A stretch of 64,000 bases of DNA, from assembly GCF_028641065.1 (NCBI RefSeq), contig NC_073382.1, positions 39,494,001-39,558,000 on the forward strand, written 5' to 3'. The notes under the pieces were generated by a model that ran no database searches, had not been told where the DNA came from, and was given only the letters and a program-made list of their open reading frames with translations. The DNA is from Leucoraja erinacea (Eukaryota). The position numbers and the translations under genes are program-made. Position 1 is the stretch's first letter. Each line of letters begins with the position of its first letter. Positions 1 through 11,179 of the stretch are shown here, piece after piece.

Positions 1-169
1 AACAGTTCATACTTCACTCGCTGCCGAAGTCTTTTTAGGGAGGAAGTATGTTATCGTAATCAACCATGAATCTGTTTGTAAAAACAATAATGGTATTATT
101 AACAACAACAAGACCAAATGCTCCCCGGGTTTAAATTATTTATTTTTTGCAGATTCTTGTACTGCAAAC

Positions 170-760
170 GATACAGGTTCTGTCAGTGGTTTGTTATAAA
201 AGTTTGGAACGTATACTCCCTAGACCACCCCGCTGTAGCCAGGATGTGGTCCATTGTCACGTCCATCCTCTTAGTCACTGATGTGGATGCTGTCCTGGTG
301 GAGTAAGGTTTATACACATTAATGTGTACTCCAGCAACTCCCAGTACCTGCTTGAGCCACTTGAGATAGTTTGGCTCGTCACCCGACCATAATGTTTCTT
401 GTGGCTGACCCATAAGGCTTTTTCTCTCCCTCGAGGATTACTTATTGTGTCGATGTAGTACAATAAGTGGGTCATGACACATAACCGTGGTTCAGGTGGG
501 TATGCCCGGAATTCCATAACTAGACCTGATGTCCCTGGTCTGCTCTGTTTGCCCAGTCCCTAATGGTAATGTAACATGGTGTAGTGGACCATATTGTCCA
601 ATCGTAGTGGATGGAGGAAACTGGACTCTTTGTGCTGAGACAAGGCCATCAGCATGTCCCTTCAGGGTGGGCTGTTCCAGGGTGAGGGACCTGGCTGGTG
701 ACCATCCCCTAAGGTGCGTCAGATCCACACTGACAACCCAGATTTCGGTGTACCTGGGTC
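170..760 (-). pseudogene. Frameshifted DIRS tyrosine recombinase
   Basis: ORFs 183-413, 275-517 and 492-728 give consecutive YR pieces (SAQRVQ; LCVM..L..YI; box II H-S-T-R decayed to YSTR; AGWS..TF). Confidence 0.85.
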
Positions 761-1616
761 TGGGGGATTAACCGCTCCTAAATTTGATCACCAGCGGGAG
801 GTACCCTATGGCCTGTGGTCCTGGTGCCCGAGTTAAGTAGGTTGACAGAGCACTTCTGGCTGAATCCTTCATTGAGACCTGCCAGAACTCCAGTACAGGT
901 TTGTTGTAGTTGAATATGTAGTTCCTGTATTTGAATGGTATCTTCCCACTTCTTGATGTTCGCCAATTATGTTCCCTAGTAGATATGCGATGGGATGCTA
1001 TCCTTGTGTGATAGCGCTATTGACAATCCAGGCCCAGCAGAGGTCTTCCCAATTCTGCAATCCAGGCTCAGTGATGGTCTTTTCAAATCTGCAATCCAGT
1101 AGTTTAATTTATTGTGGCATGTGCGTAGTACCCGACTGATGAGGCCGTAGTACCTGATGAGGTAGGAGAAAAAGGGGAAAAACATAGATTAAATTCCCCC
1201 CTCACGCTTCCTAATTCAGTGGGAATGAATTAATTGCACCTGCCTCAAATTTGGTTTCTTGCGACATACATCGGTACGTGGAGAATTCAATTGAATACAG
1301 TGAAATCGATATTGGGTGTTCCAGATTGCTTTGTAATTCCAGCAATACTTGGGTTTAATATGTCTGTTTACAGTATTTAGCTTACCTAGTAGGTAAGTTT
1401 GCCGATGGTCGTATATTTTTGACGACCTGCAGTTTGCAATTGTTAAATAAATGTCACATGATATTGATTTATTCTGCCCAAGTGGTTTGTGTATGTCACT
1501 ACTGTGATGTTGTTAATTATAAACGAACATGCAAAATGGTGCACTGCAGGATAATATGCTTTGCCGATAGAGCATACTCAAAATTTCCAAACTAGGTTTT
1601 ACACCTAGTGTCTATA

Positions 1617-4600
1617 GTGTCTCTGGTGAACGCCAGATCGCTGGCAAACAAAACTTTTATCTTGAGGGATTTCTTCTGCTCCCAAGCCCTGGACTTCCTC
1701 TGTGTGACAGAGACTTGGATCGGTCCTGGTGAGTGCAGCGCTTTTATTGAACTTTTACCGGCAGGCTGCTCTTATTTCAACTCGCCGCGGATGTCGGGCT
1801 GTGGTGGTGGAACTGCAGCCATTTATAAAAGCAATTTTAAATGCAAACAGTGCACTACATTATCAACGTTCTCCAGCTTTGAAGCTACTTTATTTGCAGT
1901 GGGTCGCTCCGACACGGTGCTTTGTGCTGTCATCTACCGACCCCCCAAATACCATAAGGACTTTGTGAATGACTTTTCTGAAGTTCTGGCTGGGATTATG
2001 CCCAACTATGACCATGTCCTTATGGTTGGGGATTTTAACATACGTGTGTTGTTACATAATTACATACATTACATACATAATTACATACATAAGCCGTTGG
2101 TGAAGGACTTTTTAAGTCTTATTGACCTTTTAATTTTGTGCAGTGTGTGTCTGGTTCCACACATGAACATGGACATACATTGGACCTTGTTCTCTCTTAT
2201 GGCTTGCCTGTGTTAAACTTGGAGGTCTGCGATAGTGTGTTTTCTGATCACATGCCTGTACTATTTGATGTTGGTTTTTCCTGTGCTGCAGTTAGACCTG
2301 TAGCGTCTGCTCGGCGCTGTCGGACCTTTAACCCTTCCGCTGCTGACCAATTCTCTGCTGCTTTCGATCAGCTCTGTGCCCCCTCTGCGTCCACTTCCCT
2401 TGGTACGGAGGAGATTAGTTCTTGGTTCCACTCCTCCTGCAGAACTATACTGGACTCTGTGGCTCCGTTAAAAACTTTGCAGCCCAGAGCTAAACCCGAG
2501 CCCTGGTTCAGTGACGTAACTCGTACAGCTCGACGGGAGTGTCGCAGAGCTGAACGAAAGTGGAAGAAAGACAGGCTGCAGATTTCATCACAAATTCTAA
2601 AGGACAGCTGGCGTAATTGCCAAAATACTTAAAGAGGCCAAATTTTTCCCAGTAACCCCAAGATATTACCTGTCTAATATAATAGTGTCTAAGCGTCACG
2701 ACCCACGTGTGTTATTCAAAACCATTGATTCTGTTTTAAATGCCCCACAGCCTGTCTGCCTGGAAGCATCGTCCGAATTGTGCAATGACTTCCTGCACTT
2801 CTTTATTAATAAGGTTGTTTCTATAAGGGCTCTCATCTCAGCTCCTGCCTCTGACCCCTCTGTTTTGGCCCCATGCCTGGTAGCATTCGATAAGTTTGTG
2901 CCTCTGACATTGTCGGGTCTAGAGGATGTGGTTAGCCATATCAAGCCGTCGGGTTCCCCTTGTGATGCTGTCCCTCCTCTTCTTTTTAAAGAGGTTTTCC
3001 CGAGTATAGGGCAGTCGATTCTCGCCATCATAAACAGTAGCTTGTGTTCTGGGGTTGTCCCCGAAAATATCAAGCCGTCGGTTTCCCCTTTATGCTGTCC
3101 CTCCTCTTCTTTTTAAACATGCAGTACTGCAACCACTACTTAAGAAACCTGGCCTGGATCAAACTGTTCTGGCAATTTTAGGCCGATCTCCAAGCTGCCA
3201 TTTATCTCTAAAATCATGGAGAAAGTAGTTTATGCTCAGCTGAAACTCTTCCTGGACGAGCACAATATTCGGGAGATTTTCCAGTCTGGATTCAAAGCTA
3301 GAGTCAGCTCTGCTAAGGGTTTTTAACGACATCCTCCAGGCAAACGACTCCGGTAATTATGTGGTTCTTGTCTTGCTGGACCTATCTGCCGCCTTCGATA
3401 CAGTGGACCATGGAATTTTAATTTCCCGATTACAGCACCAAGTGGGCATCTGTGGCAGTGCCCTGGGATGGTTTAGGTCCTATCTGGCAGACAGAACCAT
3501 GCGTGTGAGCCTTGCTGGCTTTGAATCCTCCTCCGCTCCCTTGGCATATGTGGTTCCACAGGGCTCAATTTTATGTCCCCTGCTCTTCTCTCTATACCTA
3601 CTTCCTCTGGGCTCAATTTTAAGAAGGCATGGCATCTCCTTTCACTTTTACGCAGATGATAGCCAGTTATATATGCCACTCAGGAAGGAAGACGACTATT
3701 CTCTAAAATCACTTCTGTCTTGTCTTGAGGACATTAAGTCCTGGATGGCCTTAAACTTTCTGGCACAATGAAAAAAAGACAGAGGTGATTTTGTTTGGCC
3801 CCAATGGCTGCCATGAACCTCCCTTTGTTGACTTGAGTCCACTGGTATTGTCCGTAAAGCCAACAGTTTTAAACCTGGGTTTTAGGATGGACGGTGATTT
3901 TAAACTAGATAAACAAATAGGCGCAGTGGTTAAGTCCAGCTTCTTTCACCTAAGGAAGCTGGCAAAGGTGAAGCCCATTCTCGAGCGGCAGCATTTTGAA
4001 ACAGTAATTCATGCCTTTATTACATCTAGGCTGGATTACTGTAACGCACTCTACTCTGGAGTCGCACGAGCTTCATTGGCTCGTCTCCAGCTGGTCCAAA
4101 ATGCTGCCGCTCGCCTCTTAACCGGAACTCGAAAGAGGGAGCACATTACGCCAATTTTGGCCTCCCTTCACTGGCTCCCAGTGCACTTTCGAGTTCATTT
4201 TAAAATGATTTTATTTGTTTTTAAATCGTAGAATGGGCTCGCCCCGCCTTACCTCTCTGAGCTGCTCCACCCATACGCTCCTGCCCGGTGACTCAGGTCA
4301 GCTGATCAGCTGCTCCTTGAGGTACCAAGGTCTAAGCGGAAGCTCAGAGGGGATAGAACCTTTTCTGTTGCTGCTCCGGCACTCTGGAACACCTTGCCGT
4401 TGCACATCAGACAGGCCCCTTCACTGTTCATCTTCAAATCCACCCTAAAAACTCATTTTTATTCTCTGGCTATCGACACTGGCTGAGACATTGCTCCTGT
4501 TTTTAGTGCTTTTAATGTCTTACTAATTTTTACTGTTTTATAGTCCTTTGTTTTACGGTTTTTAATGGTTTGTAATAACTTCTTGTCCATGAGTTCTCAT

Positions 4601-4670
4601 GTACAGCACTTTGTGGCAACTGAAGTTGTTTAAAGTGCTTTATAAATAAAGTTATTATTATTTTTATTAT
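1617..4670 (+). mobile_element. L2-clade LINE, near-complete ORF2 (APE endonuclease + RT) with stops and frameshifts, inserted into the DIRS
   Basis: NARSL, CVTETW, IYRPP, GDFN, GHTLDL, SDH (endonuclease); [25 protein letters not shown] (RT); SRLDYCN, LHWLP; 3' AATAAA followed by a (TTA)n tail at 4646-4670. Confidence 0.95.
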
Positions 4671-4936
4671 AGCGATGACAACTCCAGATTAGTCCATATG
4701 CCACCATGTTTTGGGTGAGGGTAGTTTAAACATTAGCACCTAGCCTTAATGGAAGGTTCAAGTTAAGTAGCTGGAACAGCTGCTACTAACTACCAATACT
4801 CTTGCCACTGTTGAATGGTAGGTAGATACCATTAATTGTTACAGGTTGTGTCATACTGATTCTCCTATGCCAAGTTAAAGATAAGTGGGTAGAGTGTTGA
4901 ATACCAAATAGTCAACAGTAGAGGATTTATATTTCA

Positions 4937-5098
4937 AGGTACTGCAATACTGGTTGATGCGTGGAGTGGACGGAGCAAGCCCCTCCCCATCTCCCTGTTC
5001 CAAATCAATTGATATATGGCCCATTGATAAGGGACGAGTCAAAATGGAAATAACAACAACAGATACTCCGCTTGATCTTAGTCAAAGCTGAGAGCAAT
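4937..5098 (-). pseudogene. RNU2: U2 snRNA-derived copy (about nt 1-170) embedded in the DIRS RT region
   Basis: Reverse complement reads ATTGCTCTCAGCTTTGACTAAGATCAAGCGGAGTATCTGTT...GGAACAGGGAGATGG..GCTTGCTCCGTCCACTCCACGCATCAACCAGTATTGCAGTACCT, collinear with the vertebrate U2 sequence as recalled. Branch-point recognition motif (GUAGUA to GGAGUA) and Sm site are degraded. Confidence 0.93.
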
Positions 5099-5675
5099 AG
5101 TTTCAATCGTAGATCTATCTGGATTGCATGACAAGCTTGGCTAAAAGAATAATAGCTAAAGCTGTGATAGCTATACCCATGGATTAGTCGTCGTTAATAT
5201 CATTGGAACATGCCATGACGATAGTTCCTTAATATAGCCAGGGCTGGTTAGAATATCTGGAACCAGTTTGGCTGTAATAGCCATAGTCGATAATTAATAC
5301 AGCCAAGTTATCTCCAAGTTTTTTGAATGGGTACTGAATAGTATGCATCTTTTAAGTTGATGTCTACCATTAAGTATGCTTGGAATGAAAGGTTGGCAGT
5401 TTCAATATTCCAAGCGTGGCCTGGCGAGATACTCAAGTGGCAAGTCAATGACGGTGCAACATATACCATGTTGGGATTTTTAGAGCCAAAGGTTCATACT
5501 GGGTTTATTATGACCCCTTGATATCAATGATGGCGACATTACCATCTTGGTTAGTTGGTACCAAAGGTTCATATAGGCTTCTATATGACCCCTGTATAAT
5601 TATTACCCCCAGTTGCTAGTCCCTCATGTTCTTATTAGTGGGAGGGTAGACCCCTAGGGTGCATGCTGTACTGGT

Positions 5676-5760
5676 ATTGTATGGTCTCTGGGAAGGGACA
5701 TATCAGATATAAACTGATAAGGCAGTTACTACTAATCTTAGCCAAAAGGCAGAGCAGTAT
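5676..5760 (-). pseudogene. RNU2: Second, 3'-truncated U2 snRNA-derived copy (about nt 1-90) in the DIRS RT N-terminus
   Basis: Reverse complement ATACTGCTCTGCCTTTTGGCTAAGATTAGTAGTAACTGCCTTATCAGTTTATATCTGATATGTCCCTTCCCAGAGACCATA vs U2 ATCGCTTCTCGGCCTTTTGGCTAAGATCAAGTGTAGTATCTGTTCTTATCAGTTTAATATCTGATACGTCC. Confidence 0.88.
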
Positions 5761-7874
5761 GGGATCTAATTTAATTTTATCCTTGAATGCTTTGTTAGTA
5801 CAAACCCTTCATCTTTTGTGTGGTGGCAGGAACCATGCTTATCTTATTTCACTGTTGTTCCGTGGTGTGTTCATCTCTTCGGTTTCTGGTTCCTTGTCTG
5901 TAGGGATGGTGTTGTTGGGGGTGGCACATTTTTCCAGGGGGACCCGCTCTGGACCCTGGCCTGAAAAAACAGGGCTTACTGGGGGTTGGCATGCAGGCCC
6001 CGAGCTTACACCAGTACTATTAGGTGGACGCCTACTGCTGGATGCGTAGAGGCACTGCTGCTGGTTTTGTGTGGTGCTCATTCCAGACCCTGTCCTCTGG
6101 ATGCCGAATTTAGGATACTTCTCCAGTTTTTTAGGCTTGGTTTGATAACTTAGCCAGCTAGCAGGACCTGTGGTTGAGAGGTCGGCATTCTCACAGTCCT
6201 ATAATTTTTTAAGTTGAGGGCAGGTTTTATAACTTCCTAAGAAGTTGCGGAGCACTGCAAGCAGTGGGGTCAGGTGTTTTGCCATACTACCCTGTCCCTC
6301 TGAAATGAGCATGCGAAATGATAACCGACGTCAGGGATATCAAACACATTTTAAGATATTTGGGTTTTAAAGCTATGCTCAATGTACCCCCCAATAACGG
6401 TGGGCACTTTGAGTAAATGCAATTTAGGGGAGGCGTGATGAATCCAACACCTCATGACTACTTGTCTTGGAGAGGTTTTTTGAAAATAACAGGTAGTAAG
6501 CTGGCCATCAGTTGAGACTTAAAAGCCATCTCGCTAGTGGTGGAGCCACATAGCGGCCACACCCAGCAGCTCTTCCTGATCCTGTACCTCAAGCATACTC
6601 CCAATAAACTTCAGCCAGTGACCCCTCTTCTTGACCAGTCCAGTCTGGTTCCCATCAATCCCTCACAAGGGAGATGGCCAATGCTGTTAGGCACTGGAGT
6701 GGGAGTGTTAGCTCCCTTGGCGGACTTGCCCCTGCTCCTGAGGCAAGTCTCGCTGGAGTTTTTAGCTCCATGACCTTCCTCTGGCTTGGAGAAACAGACA
6801 CTCTTGTTTCTTGTTTGAAGTGCTGATTCCATCTTCCGTGTCTGCCTCCAGTCTGAGGTTGGTCCTGACCTTGCTGTTAGAGGCTGTCTGCCGTTTTTGG
6901 GCGGCATTTCAGCGGTTCTCCGGCGGCGAGTCTCCTTGTCGGGAGTCTGCAGGGGTGCCGGCCATTTTTTAAATTTCCCTCCAGTCCGCTGCTGTTGGTC
7001 AGACAGCTGTTTAGCGGACTGGGCATCAGCGCAGCACCCGTGTCTGTGGACCGCAGCGTGTGCGGTCCCGTTGCCGCCTTCCCCTCTCCACTGTCGGCTC
7101 CTTCCCTGGAGTCGAACGGGGGCCGCTTCCCTCTGCTGCTTTGCTCCCCCTGGAGCAAAAACAAACGCAAAGTCGCTATTTTAAACTGAAGGTAAGTACT
7201 TACCTAACGGTCCTTTCCTTCAGGCTTGTAGCGGGAGTGCCTGACTCCCGCTGCGTCGCTGTTGCCTGCGTGAACGCAATGTCGCGCATGCGTGCTGAGC
7301 GGGCTCTTCACGTAGTCACTCACGTGACTCCAAAGTAAAATGCCCTGCTGATAGCACATCGCTTGACAATTCCCATTCATTTTTTCATGTTGATTATAAT
7401 TTCAATGCCTGAAACCGTTCTGATGGAAAATCCCACTAATACCAGGAACCAAAAGGGAAAATGTGAAATACGTGAACTCCCAGTCATTTCCCTCAGTGAC
7501 AAACTGGCATAACTGCAAATTTGCTCCTACAGTATGCGGTGAAATGTATCAATCCACATAGCAATCAGAATAGCCAAGAAAGGTTCTGGAGCTAGATGGA
7601 TGGAATAGTTCAGAGGAAGGCATAATTTGCAGCAGTGTCTGATGTTGAACCTGCTGCTCGGGACTGCCTACATTGCAGAAATTACAATGTCCAATATTGT
7701 GTATTGATTGAAATCATTTGCAGCATACCCCAGACTGTGTTTCCAAAATTTACATTTAATCACTTGAAAAATCATTTTTTAAGATTAAAAAACTTCTGCC
7801 TTAAGGCCATTGCACTGCTTCATAGATTTTCAGTTTCTTGCTTTGTGTGTAACACCTGCTGATCTTACTGTGGC

Positions 7875-8525
7875 AAAAAAAGTGTGGTCAAAAAGGCTTT
7901 TGGTACATTGGCCTTCATCAGTCAGGTAATTGCGTTTAGACATTGGGATGTTATGTTACTGTTGTACGAGACGTAGGAAGGCTGTATTTGGAGTATTGTT
8001 TAGATATGCTATAGGATAGATATTATTAAGCTGGAAAGAGTACAAAGAAGATTTACAAGGTTGTTGCCAGTACTTGAGGGCTTGGGCTATATGGAGAGGT
8101 TGAGCAGGCTCACACTTCATTCCTTGAAGTGCAGGAGACTGACGGGTGATATTATAGAGGCATACAAGATCACGAGGGGAATAGATCAGGTAAATGCATT
8201 CAATCAATGAAAAGAATGTCTTTTACTCAGAGTAGGGAAATCAAGAACCAGAGGATGTGTGTTTAAGGTGAGAAGGGAAAGTTTGAATAGGAATCTGACA
8301 GGCAACGTTTTTAAACAGAGCATGGTGGATGAATGGAAATAGTTGCCAGAGGAAGTAGTTGAGGCAGTTACTATAGCAAATTTTAACAGGCACTTGGGCA
8401 GGTACATGGATAGGGAAGATTTAGAAGGATATGGGCCAAAAATGAGCAAGTGGGTCACATGTAGATGGGTTATTGGACATCATGGGCAATTGGGGCTGAA
8501 GAGCCTGTTCTATGCTCTATGACAC
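7875..8525 (+). mobile_element. Old CR1 LINE 3' fragment
   Basis: Degenerate match to the CR1 ORF2 C-terminus and 3' UTR seen in younger copies in this window (GTACAAAGAAGATTTACAAGG, TCAAGAACCAGAGGA, CTATGAC tail). Confidence 0.8.
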
Positions 8526-10121
8526 TATTCTTATTAACACTATGACACCAATGCTCTATGACACTATTCTTATTAACAACAATCTTTTTTCTATTCGGCT
8601 GACACCAAACAAAAGTTCTACTTTTATGTTGAGACTTCAGGGATGATGGGTTTACTGTAGATATTTAAGAAATGGAAACCAGAGGTCATGTGGAAATCTG
8701 AGGGAAAATAAATGAACCTGCAAAGTTAACATATACAAGGACTAGATTTTGCAAGAATTAGACATACATTGAAAATAATTCCCTTTTCTCATTTCAATCA
8801 TATGGGAAACTGCAGAAAATGGAATTAAATGAGAAGGATCATATAACAGTTTCCACCCAGTGGTCTCTCAATTAATGTCACTGTCAAAACAGCCTGGATC
8901 CTTTAAGGGTGTTTAATCTCCCCAGCCTAATTTGACATCTCTCAAGAATATTTTATATTCAGGTACTAAAGTTGAAAATCCATTTGATGCCAGTGAGTTA
9001 AACAAAAAGGCTCTTGTGTGAGCGGTGTTGCTGACAGGAATATTATATGTTAGAATTATGTTTTTTTTTTATTAAATGAAGTGACATTAGTCAAATCCCT
9101 ACAATTTTAATTTGTCCCGAGGACAACTATGATCATTTATTGAAATAAATAATGAGCAAATAAAGTCAGTTATAATCTTAAAAAAAGATGCATTGTAACT
9201 ACCAAACGTATTCTTAAAAGGATATGTCTATTTGAATCAAAATTATCACATTTCTAGGCTACATGATAATACATCCTGCATTTGCCACAATTTTCTACAA
9301 AACAGTGATGTAAACATTATTAGTGGGTTTTAGATTTTGTTAATGTAAAATGGCTGAAATCAATTGATGGCAGCAAAATGTCTGATAAACAGTATGAATT
9401 ATGGGCAAGAAAAAAATCAGCTAAAGCTAGAGATATCGTAGGAACATCTTTTACAGATAAATCACCAAGGCAACAATAATCAGTAATTTCTCAAGCAACT
9501 AACTGAAATGTGAACCTCTTTCCGCTTAGAAAATCATTCAACTATGGTTGCACTAAATAGACTACAGAATACTGTCAAAGTATTTTACTCCGCATCTTGA
9601 CTGCCATTAATATATAAACAATGAATGCCTGACAAAGGATTATATTGCATATCAGGGCATTGAACATAAAGAAAGAATAGGGCTTTGCTAATCATGACCT
9701 ATAAAAAAAATACAGATAATATTGACCACTAGATAGATTAGGACATAATCAAAAATACTTGTATCCGTCCATCTGTCTTTGTAATATTTTGAGCATTATC
9801 TGCCGTGAATTTAATTTGGTTTGTGATTAGAGTGCAAAATTAATGCTGCATGGTTCATCCACACTGATTCATCCATGTGCTCTAGACCACAAGTTTAAAT
9901 TGAGATCTGTGAGCAGTGGCCCGGACATATTGGTGGAATTCTGCACTCACGTACTTTCCGCATTCGGCACTTTGCTAAAGAGCTAGGACTAAAATATTTA
10001 AAATCTAATCTGCTAAAATGTATATTCTAAAATACTAAATGTTTCTTAACCACATTTTAAACTGTTTAGCCTTTAAGCGGTAGGCTGAATAATGCAATTG
10101 CATTGTGATGCATTTATCAGA

Positions 10122-11178
10122 CTATCTATATTACTAAAAGTCTGATCTTGACCACTTCCTGTTGATTTGTATATTGATTTTAGAAAAACGCTGCACTTAC
10201 GGCTGTGATTTTGGGCTATCCCTATGCTGTGCAGGACAAGAGAATTTTTCCCATCGATGAAAAAAAAAAAAAAGTTATTAGTGTTTAAAATATGTTCAGA
10301 TTCAATCTCCTGAAGACCACACCCCTTCTGGAGGGACTATAAAACAGGGAAGTGTTGAGTGCCTCAGTCAATCGCTGCAAGATGGGGAAAGCAAGAGGGT
10401 CACATCTCTCAGTCTGAGCTGTGAATAACACTGAACACATATCTACTAAGCTGTGAGTGTGGTTTCACTGACCTTAAGTGCCCTTAATGTGGTTTGAAAA
10501 TGAAAATGTGGTTGGCTTGAAATAAAGCAAAGCAATTGGTGGTTGGTGGTGGTCGGTTTGAAATTAAGCACTGCAAATGGTGGTTTGTTTGAAATAAAGC
10601 ACTGCAAATGGTGGTTGGCTTGAAATAAAGCACTGCAAATGATGGTTGGTTTGAATTAAGCACTGCAAATGGTGGTTGGTTTGAAATAAAGCACTGCAAA
10701 TGGTGGTTGGTTTGAAATAAAGCACTACAAATGGTTGTTGGTGGTGGTTGGTTTGAAATAAAGCACTGCAAATGGTTGCTATTGGTGGTTGGTTTGAAAT
10801 AAAGCACTGCAAAAGGTTGTTGGTGGTTGTTGGGTTGAAATAAAGCACTTGTTTAAAATTTTAAACTTGATAACTTCATGTTTGCACTCTATATTGATTT
10901 TTGATAAAACGCTACCACTTATGGCTATGATATTTGGCCATCTTACTCAGTCCCCCTCCGCTCATCGGGTGCAGAGGATTCTTCCCATCAATGTAAAATA
11001 AAAGTGTTATTAGTGTTTAAAAAATATTGAAAATCTCTCTCCTGTCAATCAGGCCATGAAGGCCACGCCCCTTCTGGTGGGAGGGGGGAGGGAATAAAAC
11101 CCGGAAGTGGGCGTGTGGCTCAGTCTCTGCAAGATGTGGGAAGGAGAGGTTACAATTCTGTCTGAGCTGTGAATCAAC
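10122..11178 (+). mobile_element. Non-autonomous Helitron, 5' part (3' end missing)
   Basis: Starts TCTATATTACTAAAAGTCTGATCTTGACCACTTCCTG, collinear with 52393-54555, which has the hairpin + CTAG end. Confidence 0.75.
10505..10850 (+). repeat. 31-bp minisatellite (TTGAAATAAAGCACTGCAAATGGTGGTTGGT)n, about 10 units, inside the Helitron
   Basis: Tandem units read directly; some carry extra TGG triplets. Confidence 0.95.
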
Positions 11179-11179
11179 A

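Larger units (their letters stand above)
1..7340 (-). mobile_element. Decayed DIRS1-type (tyrosine recombinase) retrotransposon, 3' end outside the window; interrupted by an L2 LINE and two U2 snRNA-derived inserts
   Basis: Minus-strand motifs in DIRS order: gag-like region (~5840-7170), RT motif MVDINLKDAYYSVPIQ (5370-5323), RNase H-like region near 4700-4750, FFPFFS..LISRVL (ORF 976-1185), YR remnants LCVMTHLLYYI / KPYSTRTASTS / ILATAGWSREYTF (183-517). Terminus 7306-7340 matches the ICR of the second DIRS (42506-42540). Confidence 0.9.

Noticed and set aside
1136-1162. Two CTGATGAGG motifs resembling hammerhead cores
   Set aside because: No stem II plus GAAAC follows; they are a small duplication within DIRS coding sequence on the other strand.
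4937-5098. Functional U2 snRNA gene
   Set aside because: Branch-site motif and Sm site are mutated, the 3' end is missing, and the flanks are retrotransposon coding sequence.
10505-10850. CRISPR-like array (also 52786-53051 and 46250-46806)
   Set aside because: Head-to-tail repeats without unique spacers, in a vertebrate context with no cas genes.
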